Shown: positions 38,437 through 47,211 of the stretch, piece by piece
Layout of the letters: each line of letters opens with the position of its first letter
How positions within the stretch are numbered: position 1 is the first letter of the stretch
Source: Myxococcota bacterium
Lineage (GTDB): Bacteria > Myxococcota_A > UBA9160 > UBA4427
Assembly (NCBI GenBank): GCA_036336835.1
Contig: JAYZFK010000017.1
Location: 1-48,506 of the forward strand
DNA length: 48,506 nucleotides
Direction: 5' to 3'
Program-made: the position numbers and the translations under genes
The notes under the pieces: model-generated
Told to the model about the DNA's origin: nothing
The model's input: the letters and a program-made list of their open reading frames with translations, nothing else
Databases searched by the model: none

Positions 38437-39768
38437 ATGAGGGTGTCGCACGGGACGCTCTGGGCCTATGCCTCGCCTCTGGCGGGCACCCAGTTCATGT
38501 ACATGCTCGTCCTGGTGATGTTCATGAACTTCGCCACGGACACGCTGCTGGTGGCGCCCGGTGTGATCGGCACGATCTTCCTTGCGGCGAAGATCTGGGA
38601 CGCGATCTCGGATCCTCTGGTCGGCTACTGGAGCGATCGCACCACCCACAGGCTCGGCCGCCGGCGCTCGTGGATCGTGTTCTCGAGCCTGCCCTTTGCG
38701 CTGTTCACGATCATGCTGTGGTCGCCGCCGCGCGAACTCGCAGGCACCGGCCTGCTGGTCTGGCTCGTGGTGGCCGTCTTCGGCTTCTACACGGCCTACA
38801 CGGCGTACGCCGTGCCGCAGCTCGCGCTCGGCGCGGAGCTGAGCGAGCAGCCGAGCGTACGGGGCCGCATCTTCGGGGCGCGGCAGATTGCCAGCTCGAT
38901 CGGGATGCTGCTCGCGTTCGTCTTCGGTGCACCGCTGGTCCTGCGTCCGGAGGCGCGCGATGCGGTCGTGACCATGGCGTGGATCGGCGCGGTCGTCTCC
39001 GCGCTGTTGATCCTCGGCAGCGCCGTCTTCCTGCCGCGCGAGCGCGACGACTATCACGGACGCGGCGGGCGGAGCCCGTACCGCGCGTTTCGCGACGTCT
39101 GGAACAACCCGCACGCTCGTCTCCTGCTCTTCGTCTACTTCATCGAGGTCCTCGGTGTCGGCGGGACCAGTGCCATGACGGCCTACGTCCTCAAGTACGT
39201 GACCAAGGCGGAGGACGTGATCGGCGTGGTCTTCCTCGCCTACACGATCCCGACGATCCTCTCGATCCCGATCTGGGTGCGGCTGGGCGAGCGGTACGAG
39301 CGTCACAAGGTGTGGATGTTCGCGATGGGGCTCAGCTGCATCGGCTACGGCTTGATCGGCTTCCAGGGCGAGGGTCGGATCGCGCTGATGGTGTTCACTT
39401 CGCTGGTGAACGGGATCGCCGGGGGGTGCGGCGCGACGCTCGGCCAGGCGATCAAGGCCGACATCGTCGACTACGACGAGTACCAGACCGGCGAGCGCAA
39501 GGAGGGGGCCTACTTCGCCACCTGGAATTTCGCCGGCAAGCTCGGAACGGGTCTGATGATGGCCCTCGCGGGCTTCGCGCTGCAGGCGTCGGGCTTCGAG
39601 CCGAACGTCGAGCAGACTGCACTCACGCGCGGGACGATCCTGTTCCTGATGGGCGGTGCTCCCTTCATCGGCTTCGTGATCGGCATCATCGCGTTCAGCC
39701 GATTCCGGCTGACGCGCGATGTCCACGCGCGCATTCGCGCAGAGCTCGACGCCCGCGCGGCTCAGTGA
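38437..39768 (+). CDS. MFS glycoside-pentoside-hexuronide (GPH) family transporter
   Basis: KIWDAISDPLVGYWSDRT, GRRRSW, ADIVDYDEYQTGERKEGAYF, about 12 TM. Confidence 0.9.
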   Translation: MRVSHGTLWAYASPLAGTQFMYMLVLVMFMNFATDTLLVAPGVIGTIFLAAKIWDAISDPLVGYWSDRTTHRLGRRRSWIVFSSLPFALFTIMLWSPPRELAGTGLLVWLVVAVFGFYTAYTAYAVPQLALGAELSEQPSVRGRIFGARQIASSIGMLLAFVFGAPLVLRPEARDAVVTMAWIGAVVSALLILGSAVFLPRERDDYHGRGGRSPYRAFRDVWNNPHARLLLFVYFIEVLGVGGTSAMTAYVLKYVTKAEDVIGVVFLAYTIPTILSIPIWVRLGERYERHKVWMFAMGLSCIGYGLIGFQGEGRIALMVFTSLVNGIAGGCGATLGQAIKADIVDYDEYQTGERKEGAYFATWNFAGKLGTGLMMALAGFALQASGFEPNVEQTALTRGTILFLMGGAPFIGFVIGIIAFSRFRLTRDVHARIRAELDARAAQ

Positions 39769-40637
39769 GCCCGCTGGCCCTGCAGGAAGCTTCGTCCCGC
39801 GCGAGCCGTCGCGAGCGGATCGGTGGTCGTGTCGTGTTCGACGAAGTAGTGCCGCAGCCCGGCCTGGCTCGCGTGCGCGAAGGTGCGTGCGAAGTCGACC
39901 GTACCGGCTCCCGGGTCGACGAAGCTGCCGTCGGCCAGCACGTCCTTGACGTGGCACACCGGGAAGCGCCCCGGATAGCGCTCGATGTAGCGGAGCGGGT
40001 CGGCACCGGCCACCTGGAGCCAGCCGAGATCGAGCTCGATCGCGACGAGCTCGGGATCGGTTCGTTCGAGTAGCAGGTCGAAGGGGACCACACCGTCGAC
40101 GGGCGGAAACTCGAAGGCGTGATTGTGGTAGCCGAAGACCAGGCCCGCCTTGCGGAAGGCCTCGCCCGTCTCGTTGAGCTCGTCCGCGATCGCCCGGTAC
40201 TCGTCGAGCGTGACGTCGTCGCGCAGCCCGACGAACCTGCCGTTCTCGATCCGAAACACCTGGAGCGGCGCCGAGAGGAAGACGTAGTGCGCGCCGAGCG
40301 TCCCCGCGGCCGCGATCTCGTCCTGCGTCGAGCTGCGCGCGTCGAGGTGGATCGACGGACACACGAGCTGGTTGTCGTCGAGCATCGCGCGGATCTGCGC
40401 CGGCGTGTTTCCTGCGCGCGGTGACACCTGCACCTCGCGATAGCCGATCTTCGCCACCTGCTCGAGCGTGCCGCGGTAGTCCGCCTCGAGCAGCTTGCGC
40501 AGCGTGTAGAGCTGCAGACCGGGCTCGATCGCACGGCCCTCGGCCGCCAACGCGCGGTGCGTCGTCGGGCCGATTCCAAGGACGCCGGCAGCGAGCACAC
40601 CGCCACCGCGCAAAAAGCCGCGCCGAGTCCAGCTCAT
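39762..40637 (-). CDS. Tat-exported sugar-phosphate isomerase/epimerase (xylose-isomerase-like TIM barrel)
   Basis: TRRGFL Tat motif; GLQLYTLR, YHNHAFEF, ELDLGW, HVKD, FVEHD. Confidence 0.9.
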   Translation of the reverse strand: MSWTRRGFLRGGGVLAAGVLGIGPTTHRALAAEGRAIEPGLQLYTLRKLLEADYRGTLEQVAKIGYREVQVSPRAGNTPAQIRAMLDDNQLVCPSIHLDARSSTQDEIAAAGTLGAHYVFLSAPLQVFRIENGRFVGLRDDVTLDEYRAIADELNETGEAFRKAGLVFGYHNHAFEFPPVDGVVPFDLLLERTDPELVAIELDLGWLQVAGADPLRYIERYPGRFPVCHVKDVLADGSFVDPGAGTVDFARTFAHASQAGLRHYFVEHDTTTDPLATARAGRSFLQGQRAH

Positions 40638-40650
40638 CGGAGAGATCGTA

Positions 40651-40959
40651 TCAGCCCGTCATGGCGACGATCCAGTAGAGCGCTGCCGGCATCGCGCCCA
40701 GCAACGGCATCGTCGCGATGCAAACGCCTACCAGGAGCCAGCTGCCCTGCGTCGCCGCGTGCGCCAGCATCCAAAGGGCCAGCACGATCTCGAGACCTGC
40801 GAAGTCGAGGAAGACCTGCCTTGCCCAGGGACCGGAGCGCCAGATGTCGAGGAACGCCTCTCCGGCCTTTAGGCCGGGCTGGGCGCGCCAGGCGACCACG
40901 GTCAGCGCGGCCACGACGAGCAGGACGAGGGCGGCGAGAATGATGGAAACGAAGCTCAC
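40651..40959 (-). CDS. Small three-TM membrane protein
   Basis: GGAGG RBS before GTG; three hydrophobic segments, PWARQVFLDF. Confidence 0.65.
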   Translation of the reverse strand: MSFVSIILAALVLLVVAALTVVAWRAQPGLKAGEAFLDIWRSGPWARQVFLDFAGLEIVLALWMLAHAATQGSWLLVGVCIATMPLLGAMPAALYWIVAMTG

Positions 40960-41073
40960 GGTTCGGTCCTCCCGGGCGCGGGTACTGAGCATGATATTGC
41001 GTCTGGACAGGTCTTCCAGAGAGCTAGTTCGAACCAGCGCTGCGCCCCTCTTCGAGCCGCCGAGCTGTGGCAA

Positions 41074-41994
41074 CTAGCCCGGCGCCAGGCCCTCGATCTC
41101 TCGCAGTCCCAGCCGCTCGAAGCAGTCGGCCAGCTCGCGCGCGGCCTCGGGCTCTACCGGGAGCCTCGGTCGGCGCGGCCAGCCACCGGGCAGCCGGAGC
41201 TCGCGTAGCGCGCCCTTGGTTGCCGAGATGCCACCGAGCCGCCGGGTCCGGGCGAACAGCGCGAGCAGCTTGGCGAAGCTCGCATCGCGTTCGGCGAGCT
41301 CGCCGTTGCAGTGGTGCCGGGCAACGCTCACACACAGCCTCGGGGCGAGGTTGCCGTCGCTCGACAGATAGCCCTGTGCGCCGAGCACGAGCGCGCTGAT
41401 CGCCTGCATCGGGCCGCCGACGTGGACGTCGATCCGGCCCGCGACGGCACCGAGCATGCGCACGAGCTCGGTCACGTCCGGGTGCGTGAAGTTGATCCCG
41501 ATGATCCGGTCGTAGCGCTCGACGAGATCGCCGACGAGCGCCGGCGGCAGCGCATAGCCCATCGCCTGATGGGACGAGAGCACGACGGGGCAGGGCACGG
41601 CGTCGAGCACGTCGCACAGGTAGGTCTCGAGCTCCTCGGGGCGCGGCCGGTTGCCGTGGCCCATGTCGAGCGAGTACAGCTGCATCGCATCGAGCCCGGA
41701 CTTGGCCACCTGCTCGCCGAGTGCGATCGCCTCCGCAGCGCTGCGCGGCTCGACGCCCATTGCGCGCACTGCGACTCGGCCAGCGAGCTCCTCGCGACCG
41801 ATTGCGAACAGCCGCTCGCGCTCTTCGTGCGAGAGCGTGTAGCCCTCGCCGCTCCCCGAGCCGCCCAGGTAGACCCCGATTCCGGCCGCGGCGAGTCGCT
41901 GCAGGTGTGCCCGCAGCTCCGCCTCGTCGAGCGTGCCGTCTTCCGCGAACGGCGTCAGGCTGACCACGAACGTACTCACGTCGCGCACTGTCAC
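41074..41994 (-). CDS. Dihydrodipicolinate synthase (DapA/NAL) family protein, atypical active site
   Basis: LTPFAEDGTLD, GSGSGEGYTLSHEER, TKGALRELRLPGGWPRRPRLP; Schiff-base Lys position reads IIGINFT. Confidence 0.85.
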   Translation of the reverse strand: MTVRDVSTFVVSLTPFAEDGTLDEAELRAHLQRLAAAGIGVYLGGSGSGEGYTLSHEERERLFAIGREELAGRVAVRAMGVEPRSAAEAIALGEQVAKSGLDAMQLYSLDMGHGNRPRPEELETYLCDVLDAVPCPVVLSSHQAMGYALPPALVGDLVERYDRIIGINFTHPDVTELVRMLGAVAGRIDVHVGGPMQAISALVLGAQGYLSSDGNLAPRLCVSVARHHCNGELAERDASFAKLLALFARTRRLGGISATKGALRELRLPGGWPRRPRLPVEPEAARELADCFERLGLREIEGLAPG

Positions 41995-42100
41995 GTGTCC
42001 GATGATACCGGGGCGGGCATCGAATGATCGAGCATTTGACGAAGCGGCTTCCGCCGTGACTCAATGGCGCGACGCCCAGTCCGAGTGGTTCGAGGCACGC

Positions 42101-43237
42101 ATGAGTCAGTCCGACCTCCGATCGACGCCCGAGCACGGCTACCGCCTGATCTCGGCCGACACCCACGTGAACGAGCCGCCCGATCTGTGGACCGAGCGAG
42201 TTCCCCGGGCGCTGCGCGATCGGGCGCCGCGGATCGAGCGCTTCGAGCAGGGAGACGCCTGGGTGATCGAGGGCGTCAGCGATCCGATCACGTTCGGCAT
42301 GAACGCGTGCGCCGGTCTTCCGCCCGAGGAGATGCGCGGTTGGATGCGCTTCGACGAGCTGCGTCCGGGAGGCTACGACCCCGCCGCACGCATCGACGAG
42401 ATGACGCGCGACGGTGTGGACGCCGAGGTGCTGTATCCCACGCCGCGGCTGTTCAATGCGATCGTGGCCAACCCCGACCCGGACTATCACCTCGCCATGA
42501 TCCGCGCCTACAACGACTGGCTCTCGGAGTACGCCGAGTACGCGCCGGCGCGCTTTGCGGGCCTCGCCGTGATCCCGAATCGCGGCGTGGCGGCCGCCGT
42601 CGAAGAAATCCACCGCATGCACGGGCGCCCCGGCATCCGCGGCTTCGTGATCGGTTGCTACCCGAACGGCACGCTCGATCCCATGCCGGAGGACGACGCG
42701 GTCTGGGGGCTGCTCGAGGAGCTCGGACGGCCGCTAAACATCCACGTCGGGCTGACGCAGACGATGCCGAGCGCGCACAAGGCGAAGCTCCCAGGCTGGG
42801 GCCGCATCTTCGACGTCGGCGACCGGATGGTGCAGATGATCTTCGACGGCATCTTCGACCGCTTCCCGGAGCTCGAGGTCGTGATCGCCGAGGTCGATTG
42901 TGGCTGGGTGCCGTACGTCAAGGAGCAGATCGACAACAACTACCGGCGTCTCGATCCGAATAGCAAGTTCGGACTCGCGGCGCTGCCGAGCCGCTACATC
43001 GAGCGCCACTTCCACTTCGGCTTCATCACGGACCGGTTCGGTATCGAGCAGCGGCATCGCGTCGGGCTCGAGCGCATGCTGTGGTCGAGCGACTACCCCC
43101 ACATCAGCGCCGACTGGCCTCACTCGCGGCGTTCGATCGAGGCAGCCTTCCGCGGTGTTCCCGCCGACGAGAAGGAGCGGATCCTGAGCGGCAATGCGCA
43201 GCGCCTGTACGGCTTCGGCAGCCCCGCCTCAGGCTGA
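42101..43237 (+). CDS. Amidohydrolase_2 family protein
   Basis: ISADTHVNEP, RIDEMTRDGVDAEVLYPT, RAYNDWL, IHVG, FDRFPEL, WSSDYPH. Confidence 0.9.
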   Translation: MSQSDLRSTPEHGYRLISADTHVNEPPDLWTERVPRALRDRAPRIERFEQGDAWVIEGVSDPITFGMNACAGLPPEEMRGWMRFDELRPGGYDPAARIDEMTRDGVDAEVLYPTPRLFNAIVANPDPDYHLAMIRAYNDWLSEYAEYAPARFAGLAVIPNRGVAAAVEEIHRMHGRPGIRGFVIGCYPNGTLDPMPEDDAVWGLLEELGRPLNIHVGLTQTMPSAHKAKLPGWGRIFDVGDRMVQMIFDGIFDRFPELEVVIAEVDCGWVPYVKEQIDNNYRRLDPNSKFGLAALPSRYIERHFHFGFITDRFGIEQRHRVGLERMLWSSDYPHISADWPHSRRSIEAAFRGVPADEKERILSGNAQRLYGFGSPASG

Positions 43238-43621
43238 ACCCGGCGCGGCCTGGCCCTCCGCCTCGACCTCGGCGATCGCCTGCTCGATCACGCCCGCCAG
43301 GCTCGCGCCGCGCGGATAGCCGACATAGTGGACCAGGAACACGAGGACCTCGCGCAGCTGATCGGGGGTGAGCTCGCCGTTCTTCAGCGCCGCCTTCGAC
43401 TGGATGCCGAACGTCGTGGCTTCGCCGAGCGCGAGAATCGAGCCCAGCAGCAGCAGGCGCCGATCGCGCATCGAGAGCACGTCGCGGGTCCAGACCTCCG
43501 CGAAGAGTGTCTCGAGCATGATGTCGGTGAACGGAGCGCCGCGCGGCGGCGTGACGACGTCGCCCGCGTACACCTCCTTCAGCTTCGCCAGTCCCCGCTC
43601 GTATCGATCCGAATCGGCCAT
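43229..43621 (-). CDS. Carboxymuconolactone decarboxylase family protein
   Basis: GAGGGAG RBS; RYERGL, LFAEVWTRDVLSMRDRRL, LVHYVGYPRG. Confidence 0.85.
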   Translation of the reverse strand: MADSDRYERGLAKLKEVYAGDVVTPPRGAPFTDIMLETLFAEVWTRDVLSMRDRRLLLLGSILALGEATTFGIQSKAALKNGELTPDQLREVLVFLVHYVGYPRGASLAGVIEQAIAEVEAEGQAAPGSA

Positions 43622-43637
43622 TGCGACTCCCTCGTGG

Positions 43638-44381
43638 TCACCAGATGCTGCGTCCACCGTCGACCACGTGCTCGTTGCCCGTGATGTAGCTCGAGGCGTC
43701 CGAGGCCAGGAACACGACGAGCGATGCGACCTCGTCGCGCGTTCCGGCGCGACCGAGCGGGAGCGCTCTCATCTGCTCGCGCAGCTCGGCGGGATCGTCG
43801 GGGGCTGTGAACATCCCGGTTCCCTCGATCGGTCCCGGGTGCACGCTGTTGACCCGGATGGCCTCGGGGCCGAGTTCGTAGGCTGCCGTCTTGGTGAGTC
43901 CGCGCACGGCCCACTTGGAGGTGCCGTACGAGGTGTGGAGCGGGATCCCGCGCGTGCCGGCGATCGACGACTTGTTCACGATCGAGCCGCCTCCACGGGC
44001 GCGCATCGGTGCGATCGCCTTCTTGATGCCCCACCAGGTGCCGATCACGTTGACCCGGAGCATCTGCTCGAGGGCCTCGACGCTCTCGTCCTCGAGCGAG
44101 GCGAGGTGGTGGATCGCAGCGTTGTTCACCAGCGCATCGAGGCCTCCGAAACGCTCGCTGGCCGTCGCCACGACGGCGTCCCAGTCGGCCTCGCTGGTGA
44201 CGTCCTGGCGCACGAACACCGCGGCGTCGCCGATCTCCTTCGCGACCTGCCGTCCGGCCTCCTGCTGGAGATCGGTGAGCACGACGCGCGCACCTTCCTG
44301 CGCGAAGCGCCGCGCCTCGACCTCGCCCATGCCCTGGGCAGCACCCGTGATGATCGCGACCTTGCCGTCGAGCTGGCCCAT
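43638..44381 (-). CDS. Short-chain dehydrogenase/reductase (3-alpha,20-beta-HSD-like)
   Basis: GGAGAGG RBS; TGAAQGMG, NNAA, YGTSK, VNSVHPG, VVDGG. Confidence 0.92.
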   Translation of the reverse strand: MGQLDGKVAIITGAAQGMGEVEARRFAQEGARVVLTDLQQEAGRQVAKEIGDAAVFVRQDVTSEADWDAVVATASERFGGLDALVNNAAIHHLASLEDESVEALEQMLRVNVIGTWWGIKKAIAPMRARGGGSIVNKSSIAGTRGIPLHTSYGTSKWAVRGLTKTAAYELGPEAIRVNSVHPGPIEGTGMFTAPDDPAELREQMRALPLGRAGTRDEVASLVVFLASDASSYITGNEHVVDGGRSIW

Positions 44382-44498
44382 GTCCTCTCCTAGCGGAGAT
44401 TGAAGCGAGGCCACCCTATCACGCGGCCCGCCGCGCGCGAGCCCGTGGATTCGTCGTATGCTGTCAGCGGAGTCAACCTCCGAACCAGAGGTCCCGAC

Positions 44499-45272
44499 AT
44501 GGCCAGCATTGCCTACTCCCCCGACACCGGCGTCGTCGTCACGGGCGCCGCCTCGGGGATCGGTCGCGCCTGCGCGCTCGCGCTCGCCGAAGCCGGTCGC
44601 CCGGTGGTCTGCTGGGACCTCAACCGGGCGGGTGTCGAGAAGACCGCCGCCGAAGCCGCCGATCGCTTCGGCGTGGCGAGCCACTTCGCCGCGCTCGACG
44701 TCAGCGAGACGGCGCGCTTCCCGACACTGGTCGACGAGGCGCGTGAAGCGCTGGGTACGCTCGGCGGGCTGGTGCACGCGGCCGGCGTGTCACGAGTCGA
44801 GTCGGTCGACGAGCTCGACGAGACCGTCTGGGACGCGGTGCTGGACGTGAACCTGCGGGCCTACCCGCTGCTGGTGCGCGCGCTGCTGCCGGACCTGCGG
44901 GCCAACCCGGGCTCGGCGGTCGTCGGGATCGCCTCGATCAACGCGATCCTGGGCAACGCCGCGAACCCGGCCTACGGCGCCTCGAAGGCCGGCTTGCTGG
45001 GCGCCAGTCGCTCGCTGGCCGATCACCTGGGCGGCGACGGAGTTCGGGTCAACTCGGTCTGCCCGGGTTACGTGCGGACGCCGATGCTCGAGCCGATTCT
45101 CCAGGCGAGTGCCGCGCTCGCCGAGCGCATGGTCGGCCAGTCGATGCTCGGCCGTCTGGCCGAGCCCGAGGAGATCGCGAAGGTCGTCCGCTTCCTGCTC
45201 TCGGACGACGCGAGCTACATCACGGCCGAGGAGCTCGTGGTCGACGGTGGTGTCGTGCGTTCGCAGCGCTGA
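44499..45272 (+). CDS. Short-chain dehydrogenase/reductase
   Basis: TGAASGIG, HAAG, YGASK, VNSVCPG, VVDGG. Confidence 0.92.
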   Translation: MASIAYSPDTGVVVTGAASGIGRACALALAEAGRPVVCWDLNRAGVEKTAAEAADRFGVASHFAALDVSETARFPTLVDEAREALGTLGGLVHAAGVSRVESVDELDETVWDAVLDVNLRAYPLLVRALLPDLRANPGSAVVGIASINAILGNAANPAYGASKAGLLGASRSLADHLGGDGVRVNSVCPGYVRTPMLEPILQASAALAERMVGQSMLGRLAEPEEIAKVVRFLLSDDASYITAEELVVDGGVVRSQR

Positions 45273-45298
45273 ACGCGCGATTCGCGTACATTGGAGCC

Positions 45299-46282
45299 AT
45301 GGCTCGCGCGGCCCTCCAGGCGGATCGGCACGAGTACGGCTCGTACGACGAGCTGCTGGAGGACTACTTCGAGCGCGGCTGGACGGATGGGCTGCCGATC
45401 GTCGCGCCGACGCCCGAGAAGGTTGCCGCCTTCCTCGACGCCGCCGGGCTCGAAGCCTCCGAGGTCATCGGCGAGGTGCCCACGCGCGAGGTGGTCGTCA
45501 CGGCCGAGCAGGCCGCGGCCAACGCCGTGATGGCGGGCTGTCGCGCCGAGTACATGCCGGCGGTCGTCGCCGCCCTGCGCGCTCACCTGCACGAGAAGGG
45601 CAACTGCCACAGCACGACGGGGACGCTGTCCGGTGCGGCGCAGGCCGTGATCCTCAACGGTCCGGTGCGCAGCGAGCTGGGGATCGCGTGTGGCGCCGCA
45701 TGCTTCGGTCCGGGCTTCCGCGCAAACGCCACGATCGGCCGCGCGCTGCGGCTCGTCATCCGCAACGTGTGTCGCGCGATTCCCGGCGTGCTCGATCGCG
45801 CGAGCTTCTCGACCCCCGCGCGCTACCAGTTCTGCTTCGGCGAGGACGAGGAGGACAGCTCCTGGCGGCCGATGCACGTCGAGCGCGGCTTCGCACCCGA
45901 GGACAGCACCGTGACGGTGGCGTCGGTGATGAACATGGTCTCGGCCGTCGACTTCCACAGCCGAGCGCCCGAAGGGATCTGTGACTCGATCCTCGGCGTG
46001 ATCCTCTCGCGGTTCGTCGCGACCGATCGCTGGCTCGGGGACGGCACGAACCTGGTCCTGATCGTCGGGCCGGAGCACCGCCGCTTCTTCGACCGCGCCG
46101 GCTGGTCGAAGGACGACATCCGCAGCTATCTGTGGCCGCGCTTCCACAAGGACGGCAAGAAGAGCATCGGCCTGGGACGACCCGAAGGACTGTTGATCGT
46201 GGCCGCGGGCGGCGATGGCATGGGTGAGAGCTGGCTACTCTTCCCGCACCTCGCCTGGGCCATCACCGAGAAGATCGTCTAG
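45299..46282 (+). CDS. Conserved Cys-rich hypothetical protein (TDGLP/NAVMAGC type), partner of the UGSC protein
   Basis: GWTDGLPIVAPT, AANAVMAGC, GPGFRANATIGRALRL, IVAAGG; typical GC codon usage. Confidence 0.82.
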   Translation: MARAALQADRHEYGSYDELLEDYFERGWTDGLPIVAPTPEKVAAFLDAAGLEASEVIGEVPTREVVVTAEQAAANAVMAGCRAEYMPAVVAALRAHLHEKGNCHSTTGTLSGAAQAVILNGPVRSELGIACGAACFGPGFRANATIGRALRLVIRNVCRAIPGVLDRASFSTPARYQFCFGEDEEDSSWRPMHVERGFAPEDSTVTVASVMNMVSAVDFHSRAPEGICDSILGVILSRFVATDRWLGDGTNLVLIVGPEHRRFFDRAGWSKDDIRSYLWPRFHKDGKKSIGLGRPEGLLIVAAGGDGMGESWLLFPHLAWAITEKIV

Positions 46283-46304
46283 TTCCTATCAAGGAGGAGA
46301 CAGC

Positions 46305-46856
46305 ATGTCTGAGAAATGGACCGGACTCGATCCGACGAGCGGGCCGCTCGAGCGCCGCGACGAGCGCGTGTTGCGCCCGCGCCCGGAATCGCTCGATGGC
46401 CACGTCATTGGTCTCGTGGCCAATGGCCTCGGACGCGGCGAAGAGCTGCTCGACCGCGTCTACCACGGCATCGCCGAGCGAACCGGCGCGTCCGGTGCGG
46501 TGCGGGTGCTGAAGCCGGGCGTGTCGGTGCCACCCGAGCCGGCGGACTGGGCACGCTTGACCTCGGAGGCGACGGTCGCGATCACCGGCTTCGGGGGTTG
46601 AGGCTCCTGCAGTGCGCGCAGTTTGCGCGACGCAGTCGAACTCGAGTGGGCAGGCGTTCCGAGCCTCCCGATCATCCACCACTCCGTGCGCGGCTCGGCC
46701 GAGTCGATGGCCAAGCTGAGCGGTCTCGCGGACTACCCGTTCCTGATCGTCGACTACCCGTACATCCCGACGGCGATGTGGACCGACCAGGAGGTCGAGC
46801 AGCTCTCGGGCGAGATCACCGAGTCGGTGCTTGCGATGCTGACGACCGGGATCTGA
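46305..46856 (+). CDS. UGSC-family selenoprotein (Sec at TGA 46599-46601, codon 99; 183 aa)
   Basis: AAGGAGG RBS; ORFs 46215-46601 and 46623-46856 share one frame and join through TGA as ITGFGG-U-GSC-SARSLRDAVELE; SECIS hairpin immediately 3'. Confidence 0.92.
46607..46635 (+). other. Bacterial SECIS element
   Basis: CTGC(A)GT(G)CGCGCA-GTT-TGCGCG-AC-GCAG hairpin; apical loop begins GU, 19 nt after the UGA. Confidence 0.8.
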
Positions 46857-46867
46857 GGACCCAGGCC

Positions 46868-47110
46868 GTGGGAGAGGGAGCGAAGCTCGTCGTCGAGCAC
46901 TTCGACGAAATCGTCAAGCCCGACGGCGGCACGGTTCGTCTGCTCGCGCACGAGGGCCAGACGCTGCGCGTCGGCTACAAGCCCGGCAGCAACGAGGCGT
47001 GCGAGACCTGCGTGATCTCGGCCGACCAGCTCTCCGAGATGATGCGCGATCTGCTTCGCGACCACGAGCCGGGCATCGAGCAGGTGCAAGTCGAGGAGAT
47101 CGCCGACTAG
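46868..47110 (+). CDS. Small NifU C-terminal-like CxxC protein (80 aa)
   Basis: GAGG before GTG; IVKPDGGTVRLL, ACETCVIS, LLRDHEPGIEQVQV resemble the NifU-C pattern (DGGdv...ACxxC). Confidence 0.7.
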   Translation: MGEGAKLVVEHFDEIVKPDGGTVRLLAHEGQTLRVGYKPGSNEACETCVISADQLSEMMRDLLRDHEPGIEQVQVEEIAD

Positions 47111-47211
47111 GTGGACGCCTAACGGGTAGCCACGGTCGTCACGAAGCGTGCTCCGCAAGGGTCGGGTGGTTTTGCGGTTCCTCGTCCGATCCGCTGGGAA
47201 ACGACAGTGAG

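Noticed and set aside
41002..41020. TCTGGA-N7-TCCAGA inverted repeat
   Set aside because: Only 6-bp arms and a single occurrence; too weak to call an operator.
46215..46856. Two separate small genes or a nonsense pseudogene
   Set aside because: Same frame, UxxC motif at the stop and a SECIS hairpin favour one selenoprotein.
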